Positions 11,271-24,745 of a stretch of DNA of 64,000 nucleotides are shown one piece after another. A model generated the notes under the pieces. The model was not told the DNA's origin. It worked only from the letters and a program-made list of their open reading frames with translations, and ran no database searches. The stretch is taken from positions 186,001-250,000 of the forward strand of contig JAQFVV010000005.1 of NCBI GenBank assembly GCA_028023455.1, in the 5' to 3' direction. The stretch comes from Epiperipatus broadwayi (Eukaryota; Animalia; Onychophora). The position numbers were made by a program, and so were the translations under genes. The stretch's first letter is position 1. Each line of letters begins with the position of its first letter.

Positions 11271-14200
11271 TGATGTGATGTGATGCAATATGGCCTCTCC
11301 TTTATCGAAGTCAGAAATCTCTCCACTCCTATGCCCATAGAAATCTGTGAGCCACCTTCCCTTTCCATTCCCCACTTTAAGTTTTTCCCACATTCTTCTC
11401 TGTCCTACTCCATCCCATTTCCACAGCATAATCTTTGTCCACTCTATGGCCTTTATATCTAAACTTCTCTTTTTCCAAATTCAGCATAAAAACCAAAAAC
11501 CCACTTTCTGTGTAATGATTTTGTTTATATTTATTTATTTTGCCATAACTTCATTATTTATACTCTTTCTGTTTATAAGCATTTACATTCAATTAACAGA
11601 TGCCTAATATTTTTCATGCCTTCCTTATATTACTTGCAAACTAAATCATCCACATTTATGTGTATATTTCCCTGTTGCTTATGATCCTGTTTCAGCCTTA
11701 AACAGTAAACTATTTTCTTTGCTGTTATCATAAATTAACTAGCACCAATATTCTGTTTACTTCTATATATATTTTAAACTCTTTTTACTCTCCATACTAG
11801 TTCTCCATCTCTTCAACTCTATTTTTTATTAAATGCATCTATTCTTCTATCCCATTCCTTGCCATTACAACACTCGTGATGTGATGTATTTGGCTTCTCC
11901 TTAAACAAAATCAAGAATATCTCAGCAACTATGCCCAGATAAACCTGTTAGCCACTTTATTTTCCATTCCCCACTCTAAGTCTTCCCATATTCTGCCCCA
12001 TCCCATTTCCACAACATAATCTTTGTCAACTCTATGGCCTTTAAATCTAAATCCCCCTTATCTTTTCACAAACCCAGCATAAAAACTACTGACTCACTTT
12101 CTGTATTGTCACTTTGTTCATACCTATTCTCCCATAACTTCATTATCTGTACCCTTTCTGCTTTCAAGCATTTACATTCAATCAACAGATGCCTAATATT
12201 TTCTATACCTTCCTTACACAATTTGCATGCTAAATCACCCATAGTTTTCCATTTACATGTATATTCTCTTGTTGCTAAAGATCCCGTTCGAGCCTTAAAC
12301 AATAAACTACTTTCCTTACTATTATCATAAATTAACTCGCTTCCAATATTCCGTTTACTTCTATATATATTTAAACTCTTCTTACCCTCCATACTACTTC
12401 TCCATCTCTCCAACTCCCTATTTTTTATTAATGATTCTATTCTTTTATCCCATTCCTTACCACTATAACACTCAACAATCCTCCTAACACAATCATCCCA
12501 CCTTTTATACAAGTATACTGATATAAATTCTTTATCCAAATCTTTTGCATACCGCATTACCTTTCTCACCCATCTTGTTACCTGCCCTTTACTCATAACC
12601 CAATTAAACACTATTTTGGCTATTCTTTTACTATCCATAAACTGCAACCTACCAAACATTTTCATTTTACTTTTTGCATCTCTCATATAGAAACTTGACC
12701 ATCCCATTCCTCCTTGAATTGCCTCCTTTGCTGTCCACATCTCTGCATCTAATGCATGTCTTCCTACTTCCCTTTGTACTTTCTCTAAATAATCTAAAAT
12801 CCTTTTATTAACACATAATGCATCATTACCATATGTTAACCCTGCTACTGCAACTCCCTTCCATACAATTCTAGCTACATCATATTTATTATATGAAAAT
12901 ACTGTTAGTTTCTTTACCAAACCTTTTCTTTTCTTTGCTTCATTTACCAATTTTTTTCTCCCATTCAACCAAGCAATTTTCCTGATTACATAAGATGATT
13001 CCCAAATACCTATATCTATCCACCACACTTAACTTTATATCCCCCAATAAAAAAACTACATCCTCTCTTTCCCCAGTATTAACCATCATTATATTTGATT
13101 TTTCTTCACTAAATTTAATCCCCATCTCTTTACCCACCCTTGCACATGTCCTCAACATAATATCCATATCTTCTCTTCTTTCTGCACATAAAAAGATATC
13201 ATCTGCAAAAAAAAGACCCGACAAAGTATATACTCCTTTGCCACCTATTAATGGTATCTCTACCCCTCTTCCTAGTCTTTCTATTGCTTTTTCCATTTCA
13301 CTCAAAAACAACAAAAACAAAATCGGTGACATAGGGCATCCTTGCCTTAACCCCACTCCATTTTTAACTTTAACTGATTCTATATCCCCTAATTGATAAG
13401 TATAATAATTATTTTCATACAATTTCTTAATAATATTTACTAAAGCTTCACCCATTCCCAAATTGGCTAATCTTACCCATAATCTATTTCTATTTACTCT
13501 ATCATATGCTTTCTCTATATCTATAAAACTCATATATAATGATCTACCTGAATTCCTACTCATCTCCATAAGTTGTGTAACTACAAACAAACTATCTCCT
13601 ATACACTTATCTGACCTAAAACCTCCTTGCATTTCCCCCACAACATTATTCTCTTCCATCCATTTTACAACTCTTCCCGCTACCATATATGCGAAAACTT
13701 TATATAAAACTGATGTTACCGCTAAGACACTCATGCCATCTTTTGTGTAAATATACAACATAAAAACTTTATCCAAATCTTCTGCATACCGTACTACCTT
13801 TCTCATCCATCTTGTTGCCTGACTTTTACTCATAACCCAATTAAATACTATTTTGTTTATTCTTTTATTATCCATAAATTGCAACCTACTGAACATTTTC
13901 ATTTTGCTTTTTGCATCTCTCATATAAAACTTGACCATCCCACTTCTCCTTGAATTGCCTCCTTTGCCATCCATACATCTGCATCTAATGTATATGTTCC
14001 TACTTATCTTTATACTTTGTTTTCAGTAATGCATCATTACCATAAGTTAACCCTGCTACAGCCACTCCCTTCCATACAATTCTTGCTACATCATAATTAT
14101 TATATGAAAACACTTAATTTCTTTATCAGTCTCTTTCTTTTCTTTTCTTCATTTATCAATTTTTTATCCTATTCATCCAAGCAATTTTATTTAAGATGAT

Positions 14201-15040
14201 TCCCAAATAGTTGTACCTATTCACCAGATTTAACTTTATATTCCCCAATAAAAATTCTATCCCTTCTCTTTCTTCAGTATTTATCATCATTATTTTTGAT
14301 TTTTCTTCACTAAATTTAATTCCCATCTCTTTACCCACCCTTGCGCATGTCTTCAGCCTGTCCATATCCCTACTTTCTGTGCACAAGAAAATATCATCAG
14401 CAAATCTCTACTACTCTTTCTATTGCTCTCTTCATTCCTTTTAAATATTACAAAAAAAAAAAAAAAGGTGACATAGAGCATTCTTGCCTTAGTCCCACCT
14501 CACTTTTAACTCTGATCTATATTTCCTAATTGATACGTATAATAATTATTTTCATACAATCTCTTAATAAAATCCACTAAAGCTCCATTCATTCCCAAAT
14601 TTAATAAACTTACCCATAATCTATTTCTACTTACTCTATCATATGCCTTCTATATATCTATAAAGATATATATATATAACTGCTTATCTATATTCCTACT
14701 CATATTTATAAGTTGTGTGACTACAAATAAACAATCTCTACGCCTTTCTGATTGAAAACCTCCTAGCATTTCTCCCACTATATTATTTTCTTCCATCCAT
14801 TTTTCCACACTTCCAGCCACTATATATGCAAAAACTTTATATAACACTGACACTGCTATTGGTCTATAATTGTTTAACTTTCTATGATCTTTACCTCTTC
14901 TTTCAAATAATAGCCTTATTCTTGTACTATTCCAGCTATCTGAAAATTCTCTCTCTGCCATCTTATTAAAACATGATAATATATTTAATTTGTCCTATTT
15001 CCCAAATTCATTACCATCTCTGCTGCCCGTCTATCTAACC
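11271..15040 (-). mobile_element. Older RTE/RTEX-like LINE copy split into 11271-11875 and 13727-15040 by a younger copy
   Basis: (ATCAC)n tail at 11271. Decayed RT pieces in ORFs 14650..14961 and 14156..14386. The two halves join across the ACACTC duplication at 11870-11875 and 13727-13732. Confidence 0.75.
11876..13726 (-). mobile_element. Younger 5'-truncated RTE/RTEX-like LINE (RT domain, C-terminal CCHC, 3' UTR, ATCAC tail)
   Basis: Motifs FIDIEKAYD, GLRQGCPMSPILF, FFADD, YRYLG, CKLCKEGIENIRHLLIEC. One +1 frameshift in an A7 run (12951-12957). Tail GTGATGTGATG at 11876. 6-bp TSD. Confidence 0.9.
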
Positions 15041-16663
15041 TTATCAGTTATTATATGCTTTTGTTTTTACACTTACACACATATGTATACTCCACCTAGT
15101 GTAGATGTTTGCAATTAAAAGTTTTATTTATTTAAATTTTGACTATATAATATTTTAATAAATTTCCCTTCATAATTTTTTTTTAGTTGATTATCCTTTT
15201 TATCATTCTTTCTCAAATTATATAATTCAAATAATAAAATATTAAAAAAAAATCTTAACGAGAAAGCATTAAATATTTACTATTTTATAAATTTTGAAAG
15301 TATAATTTCTCATTACATTTTTGTTTTTTTAATTTGAACTATATTTTAACTGTAATAAACTACTAATTATTTTTATTCATTGACAAAACATAACATATAT
15401 TTATGTATGAAAATGACCACAACTAAATAAACTTTAAACAGAAAAGTCAGAATGTAAGCAAGTAGTATTAATTAGATCTTTTTTTGAACTTGATCTTAAA
15501 AAGTACTGACATAAATTTTATAGAACTGTTATACTTTTTATTTATAATGAATTCCATTCTATTTGGATTTCCAATATTTATGTCTTTGTAGTAAAATGCA
15601 TAGTTGTTTTTTAAAGTCTAACAATTTACGATTTATTATTAGTTCTTCTTCCAAGGTCATCATCGAATGATTAACTGGGTCTACAATCAGGGGATTCTTG
15701 TCACTCTCCATCTTCAGTTCCCAACTGCCATCTTGATTGGCAATTTTACAGCCTACTGGAAATAAAATCATAATTTAGTTTTGCTTATTATGATTTAAAA
15801 TATCTGTATATATAAAAAAAGAATGTTCACACATATATTCATTCATCTTGTCATCAAGAAAACTCGACTGATATTTCAGTTAACAACTATCATGCAACTA
15901 AGAAGAATGCTCATGGTGTTTCTTGATCTTAAACTTGGAGGTAAATGGCCAATAAACTTATAATGTTGGATAATGCATATTGATTAGCAGCTCATTCATA
16001 TTCATTTACAATATAGATAATCACATAGTAATAACAGTTGTAAAAGAACACACACAGTGAACATTAGGAATTTGCCCTGTCAAGTTTCATTAAGGCTTTA
16101 AAGAAGAATCAAATAGTTTTCTTTCAGTTAACAGCAACCTCTTTTCCATAGCTGGCAAATACATATGTATGTTAAATTTCAACTGGATCGGAAATTGGCA
16201 AGTAGATGAAAATTGAGTTACAAGATTTGATGCAGATATAAAATGGAGAAAGTTAAATAAGAGCACATAAAAATATATACATTTAGAGATCAGCAAGATT
16301 AGTTAACAAAATTTATTAATGCTATAATATAGATAGAAATTCTAGAGAAAAAGGGATGGAGGAAATAACTTGCTGAGAGATACTTCATGATGCAGATGGG
16401 CATAAGTAAATTTCTGAATAGTGTCTGGGGATGGAATTACTTCAATGTAACTATTCTAAAAAAAAACAAAACAAAACATTGCAATGTTTATAACCAAAAT
16501 AACTTTTGATGTTTATCAATATTGCACAGTAGCCACGTTTTAAAAAAGGGAAAAAAATTATTCTACCACAAAAAATAAAATCTATATCAAATTCAAGGTT
16601 GTTTTTCAAGACAAGATTTTTATGTTTATTTCTCTTCATTCACTTTTTTTTCCATATGTCATA

Positions 16664-16752
16664 GCATTGGCTGGGAGGCGAACCTGCAACAACCATCTGC
16701 AACCAACTCCTTGCTTGCAAGGCAGCTGCATTGACCTCTTGGCTAACAATGC
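16664..16752 (-). mobile_element. tRNA-derived SINE head or tRNA pseudogene
   Basis: GCATTG...TAGCCAAGAGGTCAATGC...CTTGCAA...GGTTCGCCTCC...CAATGC. Acceptor-like ends and A/B-box-like motifs, but stems are imperfect. Confidence 0.4.
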
Positions 16753-17731
16753 TCGACTTCATTCACCTTTGCTGTTATTTTCAACTTCTTTGTGCCTTTA
16801 GTTCAGTGATAAGAACATGAAATCAGGAGCTAAATGTTTCTGAATCATTCCTTTCTGAGAAAATGAAAAAAATCTGTTGAAATGGAAGTCTAGCTTCCAT
16901 TTTGATACTCAACATTAGCAAAAAATAAATGTATGATTTATTGCTCAGGAGTTCATAAGAAATTCAGGTATTAAAAATGACAAAGCTGGAACCATAACCT
17001 ATGACCTTGAGGTCCAGTTTCTATCACTGCCTTAAACCATGATAGACAAGCATTCATTTGACCTGTTAAACAGCTGACCATACAATTTATCTTTTTTTCG
17101 ATATTATTTATGTATTGTTAACATATACATTGTCCCTATATGTTGAATTTCAGCTTCCAATAAACCAATCACCCACTTATAAATGATAAACACTGCCATG
17201 TCTCTAACATACATGCTCTAATTCTGAGACACTGTTTTACATAATTGTCTTGTTTAGATTACACAGGTTTTACTCAGAGTATTTGTTACAATGTACAGAA
17301 GAATATGATTACCTTCATTAGTATTTTTAACTCCACAAATTTTATTTATTGAATAACTGTTGAATTTTACTTAAAATAACCATATGTATTACCTATTGTT
17401 TATAGACAATTCCAAGACATTCTTGAGTGAGAATAACCAAATGTCTATTTTGCTGTAAGATTATTTTTTCAAATAAGAAATAAAAATAATGCAGAAGTTT
17501 CCATAAATGGACAATGGTATCCTCTTTCATCTTCAGCTATTATATAAGAATTGGTTACTAAATAATGATTGTTAGTGAAAAGAAAGATAATCTAATATGG
17601 AGAGAAACTGGAGTCACATGACTTATGCAATACTTGATATAAGTAATCAACATTCATGTTACAATTTATTATCTTTTTAAAATCAACTTAACATTAGGAT
17701 ATCACACTATTATTGTTTTCTTTTGTTTTAG

Positions 17732-17879
17732 ATATGATACAAGCAAAGATAATTTTATTGATTTTGAAGAGTTAAAACACATGATGGAAAAGCTAGGTGC
17801 ACCCCAGACACATCTAGCGTTAAAGGAAATGATCCGTGAAGTTGATGAGGATAACGATAATAAAATCAGCTTTAGAGAG
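17732..17879 (+). CDS. EFHD2: EF-hand domain-containing protein D2 / swiprosin-1, internal exon (EF-hands)
   Basis: tttag|A TAT GAT...AGA GAG|gtaaat encodes YDTSKDNFIDFEELKHMMEKLGAPQTHLALKEMIREVDEDNDNKISFRE, containing the swiprosin signature MMEKLGAPQTHL. 148 nt, phase 2/0. Confidence 0.97.
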
Positions 17880-20361
17880 GTAAATATAATAGTTAAGTGA
17901 ATATAGTTTCAGTTAATTTTTGAAGGTTAGTCGGCAATCTTAAATATTATAGTCAAATATAATTTTTTCATTTCTTTTTATATCATAGTTCATTTTTATT
18001 ACTGTTGCCACATATTAGCAATTCAAATTTACAAGCCTATGATTTAGCCAATAAACTTAGAAGGCAATATTTTGACCAAATAGTAAAATATACTTGGATC
18101 CCATTAGTAGTAATTTGATTTGATTTCCACATACATTCATGAAGACAAAATAAGTCTTTAAATTGATTAAAGTGCAGTGCATTGCCCTTTATAGAGAAAA
18201 CAGTAGAGAGAATCATTACTTATCAGTTTTTAGAGGTGATAATTTTACTTTCTTATTTTTTATCTTCCACATAAGAAAGTAAATAATTAGATGCCTAGGT
18301 CAACCATTCACTATTTGAATGAAAAATCTAAAGATAGTTTAGAGCTAAACAAAATTTGTTTTAGCCATCTTGGATTCAAACTGCAGGATCATTGGTATAA
18401 TAGACAAATGCGCCATTACATCACAATACTTTTTATCGTATGCATGTATATATTTAAGAACAGATCAGATATTCCCTAATTTAATACTATCTTCAAAAAA
18501 CAGGCATTAGGTAATATTAAATGTAAAAAAGCTCATTTTACATCTCTCTATCTTGAGTGATGTTGTAAACTTGAGTAGCAAACAGATATTAAATTAGTTT
18601 TTAATATTACTTTTTCTTTTTAGAAAATATTGATTTTTCATTGTGGTCATCTTCAGTACCTTTTTATTTACATTGTGCAATTCAAACCCATGACCTAAAA
18701 TTTTCAAATTTATATTCAATAAATTAATAGATTGTGTAGATTTTTATTCTTTTATGTTCTATTGCGAAATAATTTGGCTCTTATGTTGTTTTATATTTGT
18801 TTTTAATTAGGTGGTAAAAGATGATCATAGGATAAGAATTTAGCATCATGATTGTCTAATGAAAGAAAGTCAGGTAATTTTCTAATTAAAAGATATTATA
18901 ATTTGATTTGAAGCCTTGTGATTGGTGATGTCACTGTTTAACCAATTGAGAGCATTGCTTTGAGTTGACAATGTATCTTCAGCTGATGGAAATATAGCTG
19001 TGTGTTTACGTTGAGATTGGGAGTTGAGAATGTTACTATGTTCATTTAATTTGAAGTGTCACTGATTTAAAATATCACTATTTGCTTGACTGATGTATTG
19101 ATATATGTACCATTGATTAGCAGTCTTATTGCCTTATTACATGTATTACTGCATTAGATCAATTGCAAGTCTTATTCTATTTACCCGATGGGAGTGGTTC
19201 TATATTCATGTGACTGGAAATGTCATTGTGTCATTATCTCTATTATTGTATATATAATCAGAAGCATTTCCATGTTTTTCTAAATTAATGAAACACTGTT
19301 CATTCAATTGTAGATTCTCGCAAAGGGTAACAAAAATATGAATTAAGTATTAATTTGAATTACCCTAATACTAATAACACAAGACATTGAAAAAAGATTA
19401 AATTCAAAAAATTAATAAATGCATAATAATAATGATTTTCTTCAGTTTTGTTTTGATTTATGGTAATATTCTCTCTCTTTTTAATCATATTTATATTATA
19501 TATATTTTTCTTATCAATTAAATCTGAAATTCTTCATAAAATCTTACACATTATAAACATACCGTTTTTATTCAAATATTTTGCTTTTTATAACCAGTAT
19601 TATGAAAAATCATTTCTGATTCACCTAAATGATGATCTACTACTCAGCCTTTTTTTCCATATCACATGGTTACATTTAAAACAAAATATTTAGTTTAGAA
19701 CAATCCTGGAAAAACAACTGTCATCGATATTATAAATGTTCTTACAATTGCAACTAGTTTCAAAATTTTTCATATTACTACAAGACTACAGTAGATTCCA
19801 GAAACATTGTGTTTCTCAAATTTTTGCAAAACCAACTTTTGTTAACAGCGTATTTTATGGAATTCAATAACAATTTTCTCTGGCAATGTTTTAGTCTCTA
19901 CCATTTCGTAAATAAAATAAGTAAAATATTTCAATCTTTAAGATTTTGCAACCAAGTTCTGAAATTGTTTGACCAACGTTGAGGAATCACAATATAGATA
20001 ATCTATATAATCAAAAGTATCATTAATGCAATTCAGATAAATATAATTAATCTGAACAGAGCGAAGAGAATTGTTTAATTGTCAAAATTATATTTTTAAA
20101 TTACATTTCACAAAAGAAGCTTAACAGATTAAAAAAATAATCTTATCCAAAAAGTCAGAAATCTTTTGCACAACTTTACAGCACTATATTTTAATACAAC
20201 ATCAATGCAGTAAGGAGGGATGTATATTAGGAGTAACAACAAGGGTCATAAACAAAGCAAAACTCTCCATACAGTATTGCCACCCTGTGCCAACCAGAGT
20301 AATCAATGAATGCCAGAAGGCTTGTGCATAAAATTCCTATGTAATGCCTACTCATCCAATA

Positions 20362-20403
20362 TCCCCAGACTAGTTTCTGACTTGTGGCCATCGTCAGTGA
20401 GGA
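20362..20403 (-). ncRNA. Intact type I hammerhead ribozyme (family A)
   Basis: TCCTCA-CTGACGA-TGGC cacaa GTCA-GAAA-C TA G-TC-TGGGGA. Full core, 6-bp stem I, 4-bp stem II, palindromic ACTAGT stem III, GUC triplet. Confidence 0.88.
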
Positions 20404-20794
20404 GCTTCGGATCTGAGAGCACTGCACCTAGATCTTAGGATTTAATACAACCCTCCAGCACCCATCTTTTATCTCTACTTAACTACAAAACTATGAGAAT
20501 GAAAACACAAAAATATTTTCAATTTAAGCTCATATGGGTCTGAACTCAATTCAGCACCCCATACATTTTGGTGTCTTTGGCTCTTTAACAACCATAGCCA
20601 CCACTATCCTATTAGGTAGGATTGGTGTTAAACCATTAAGCATCACATGATCACTATCTTATACTAGCACATAATTGTTTATAAATAAAACAAAACTCTC
20701 CATACAGTATTGCCACCCTGTGCCAACCAGAGTAATCAATGGATGCCAAAAGGCTTGTGCATAAAATCCCTATCTAATGCCTACTCATCCAATA

Positions 20795-20836
20795 TCCCCA
20801 GAATAGTTTCTGGCTTGTGGCCATCGTCAGTGAGGA
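20795..20836 (-). ncRNA. Type I hammerhead ribozyme (family A), second tandem copy with a stem III mismatch
   Basis: TCCTCA-CTGACGA-TGGC cacaa GCCA-GAAACTATTC-TGGGGA (GTC changed to TTC). Confidence 0.75.
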
Positions 20837-22679
20837 GCTTTGTTTATAAACAATTATGTGCTAGTATAAGATAGTGATCATGTGATGCTTAATGGTTTAA
20901 CAAGGGTCTTAATTAAAATACATGGGTGAGAGAACAAACACGTATTATTGACATCATTGCAAGAATTAAGAGATTGAAGTGGAGTTGGCTGAATACATTG
21001 CTAGAAGAGATGATATAAATAGACAGTTCAAGTCTTAAACTGAATACCAGGAAATGGTAAAAGACCTAGAAAAACATCATATGTGAGATAGATGAATGAA
21101 ATAAGTAAGTTTGCTGATATGGAAAAGAGAGCCTAAGACTGAAAAAATTGGACTTAATTTATAACTCAAAAAAATATTTCATCACACACATACAACAAGA
21201 ATTATACAACTTTTAGTTTATCACATTTGATTTATCCTAAATATTTGCGTTTATATTTATAATCACAATGATAGGATCATTTTAAACTATGTAAGTTTGT
21301 GATCCAAATTTTATACTGTCCTTGTTTTAATTAAATTACAACTGAACTTTAATGACTCTTCTATTATTTTGTTAATCTTTACTCAAAATTGACAGCTTTC
21401 ATACAATAGCTATCTTGAATAAAACCTAATCTCATCAGGGGTGCTAAGGCCTTGATACAGCATATTAAATAGCTATTCACTTATAATCATAATTGCAGAA
21501 GGCAAAACCATCAGTCTTATTTCCAATGTTATATGAATCAAAATTGTCATAAATATATAAATAACAATGATTGCACTTATATACAATAAGCAGAATGAGT
21601 TTCAGCATCTCTTCCTATGCAAAGCTCATTTTAATATCATTAATTATTGCTCAAATAAAATGAGACCGTAATTGTGTCTCCCTTGCATAGGATATTTTTA
21701 ATACTGCTCAATTTGTTTAAAAACAATATACAATTGCATTCCCAAGTAAATTTATTCATTCTTTAAAATTAAGTAAAATACATTGTATTATTTACATAAT
21801 ACTAATCTAAAATCTTTATTCTAACATGATGGGCAGGGGTTTAGATTAGATTTCTAGCATATCTGAAGAGGCTAGATTTTAACAAAAATAGCAGCTATAT
21901 TTTAACAAAAATAGCAGCTATATTTACATTGATTATGGGTTAATGATATTAAAATGAAATTTGCACGAGAACAGTCATAGAAATTTATTCTTATAATAAA
22001 TGAGTCACTTGTTTATGTTTGAATATATAAATCTAAGTTCAATGTTAATTTTCTTCCAATAATTCTCATTTATCTACTTCACTGAATTTAATAAGAATAT
22101 TTTATCCTCTATTTTGACTAAAGTATCTTTTACATGAACTTATTTTATGCCTCTTAATGCTGTAAAAGGTTTATTAATTTTTGATTTAGTTGTAAACGTT
22201 TAAATAAATTGTGCTAACAAAAGGCCAAACTATCATCAAAAATATTCAAATATTTTTTGTGTTAACACCCATTTGCCTAATTACTTTAATCTTCTTTTCA
22301 GATATTGTTTCAGTTTTATCCAAGCCTTTAAAAATTTCCTTTAATTATCTTCATTGACCAATGGATATGAGAAAGGAAATATTTTAATAATGATCTTTTA
22401 TTTGGCTTAATTAGTTATCCCATATCTTATTCAATTCTATATTTTAGACTCAATGCACTATGTGGTTCAGTACCATTGTCATACTGACAGATTCAGAGCT
22501 AATGTATATGAATCAAAACTCAAATCTATCATATCAGATCCTTGAATGCCATCCAAATTTCTGAATGATAAACCATTTGATTATTTTATTTCATACAGTG
22601 AATGAATTGCATTTGATAAAATTCATCTTAGCCTTATTACATAACATTACCTATACTTATTAGTGATTTGTTTAGCATG

Positions 22680-22759
22680 GAATGATGCAATCTACAGAAA
22701 TGAGATCTTCATTTTGTAAGAATGATGCAATCTACAGAAATGAGATCTTCATGTTGTAA
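22680..22759. repeat. 40-bp tandem duplication
   Basis: GAATGATGCAATCTACAGAAATGAGATCTTCAT(T/G)TTGTAA x2. Confidence 0.9.
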
Positions 22760-23947
22760 CTTCACTATGGCTAACAAATGTCACTGATTCTCCTAGATAG
22801 CACCAATTAGATGATGGTGGTACCTATCTTCAACTCTACAGAATTCACAATGTAAACTTTGAGTAAAATTTTAAAAAAGGGCAGTGAAAACAGATCTCCA
22901 TGTTTATAACGTATTATTCAGAAGAATAAAAGATGAACATTGCATAGATACAGTAAAAGTCAGCTTTCTTTAATAGAAACCATTGACATAGATCTAGTTT
23001 CAGTGCTATATAGCATTCATTGATTTTATGTAATGCCTTCAATGTAGCTTACAGAATTGAAAATGTTACTAGTATCAGTTGTTATTGTTAAATATGTATT
23101 ATTTATTCAGTGAAAATGTCACTTTATTGACAATTAGTTTATCCACACAATTTTTTTATCTAAATTGTTTTAAAAAAAGAATCTTTAATCTGATATTTCT
23201 TTGTCAATTTCTAATTAAAAACTCAAAGATTTGAAACTCTAGGTAAGTTTTACACAATGTTACGCTTGTACATAAGCAACAATCTTTACAGCAGATTATT
23301 AGTTGATAATATATTGCTACATTCTTTTAAATTTTTTTTTAAAAATTACTTGTTTTATTTTAGTCAAACTTGACCATCTTGAGTAAATGTATTCATTTTT
23401 ATTGGAGATGAGTAGAACACTCATTAATTTGACTACTCAAGGTTATTTTGCAACTTTTACCTCTCTGCTAAAATTAGCTAGATACTCATTAAATGATACT
23501 GTTTTAATGATATCTAGATTGATTTATATGATGAAAAAAAATTAAGATTTTACTTGAAAATTCCTCTGGTACCCAGAGAAAACCATTCTGGATTTTGATC
23601 TCAGATCATAAACAGAACAAAGTTCTTGTAACAATATTAGAAGTATGTATCTAATTGGGATGCTAGAATTAATGATGTTCAGAAAATGACAAGTGTTATT
23701 GCTTGGTCATAGTATCCTGTTGATCAATTAATACACTTACCTATAACAAAAATGCATGAATTGCCTTAGACTTTTGATTACATTTTAAACTTATTTCTAT
23801 AGGAATAAAGCTCAAAGAATTTATCTATTAGGCAGATAATTTACAGCAATGTTAGTAGCTTGTTAAGATACCCAAATAATATTCCAACTTTTGCATATAT
23901 GGTGTGATAAGTTCATGTCAGTTTCTTAAATTGCTGCTATTGTTTTA

Positions 23948-24398
23948 GTTGTATTTTTATATTGGACTATTTCCATCATCTAATATAAGTATTGAATAGC
24001 TTTAGAAAAATTTAACTTTATTTAAATATTCCAAATACATTCAACTGTTATTAATAGCACTCAGGTTAGTATATGCATGTTTCGAGAGGTATTATTCTCC
24101 CCTCTTCTTCAGATGTTGCAGGCCTGATTAGTGACAGTACTAGCATTGGATTCTAACCTAAGAGTCCAGGTTCGAATCCCATGTTGCTAATATTTTCACT
24201 GGTTAGGCCAGCAACACCTGAAAAAGAGGGGAGAATAATACCTCTTGAAACATTGTGCACTTACTAACTTTTTTAATGTGCTGTTAACATAAAGTTAAAT
24301 TTTTCTAAAGACATTCAATGCTTATATTAGATGATAGAAATAGTCCAATATAAAAATACAACTAAAACACCATCATCACAAACCTTCAGGAAAACACA
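23948..24398. mobile_element. Head-to-head inverted pair of Penelope pLTR (family C) with 12-bp TSD
   Basis: Arms homologous to 7398-7650. TSD GCTATTGTTTTA at 23936-23947 and 24399-24410. CTGAAGA...CCTCTCGAAAC on - at 24079-24112; decayed copy on + at about 24218-24251. Confidence 0.85.
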
Positions 24399-24745
24399 GC
24401 TATTGTTTTATTTCAGGACATTGTTATTAAGCAATGAAATATTGTATAGTCAGATAATTTTTCAAAGAAATAAGAAAGGTTTGTTGCTTGGAGCTCAAGT
24501 GACATTTTAAATGATAGATTAAGCTGCAATCCATAAAATTTTAACTATTACTCCAGTATTTTATTGCTGAAGTAAACAGCACAGAGTTTGTATTGATTCT
24601 AAGTGTTTGAAAAAAAATATCAGCTATTGTCATCACATTTTTTTTTAAGATGAAGCTTGTCCAATATTTCTCTATAATTTATTGGTATAAAATAGTAAAT
24701 ATAATTTATTACATGCAATTTATATATATATTGCAATAACCTATA

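Larger units (their letters stand above)
20248..20898 (-). mobile_element. HHR repeat family A (retrozyme/pLTR-like): about 1.35 tandem units of 433 nt plus an inverted 60-bp arm, 10-bp TSD
   Basis: TSD AACAAGGGTC at 20238-20247 and 20899-20908. Unit repeat 20261/20694. Perfect inverted match between 20626-20685 and 20843-20902. Confidence 0.9.
20190..21140 (+). mobile_element. RTE-clade LINE C-terminal remnant, host of a family A insertion
   Basis: Reads EGCILGVTTRV | ...REQTRIIDIIARIKRLKWSW...GNGKRP across the insertion at 20248-20898. Confidence 0.65.

Noticed and set aside
12034-14529. Plus-strand ORFs (12034..12330, 12995..13396, 13463..13750, 14211..14444 and others)
   Set aside because: Antisense shadows of the purine-rich LINE coding strand.
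15559-15771. Minus-strand ORF with plausible splice sites
   Set aside because: Peptide not recognised, and the opposite strand has a competing endonuclease-like motif (ILIGNFTA), so neither reading can be supported.
24140-24185. Apparent tRNA-Arg-like sequence
   Set aside because: It is the junction of two inverted pLTR arms; only the B box is real, and no cloverleaf forms.
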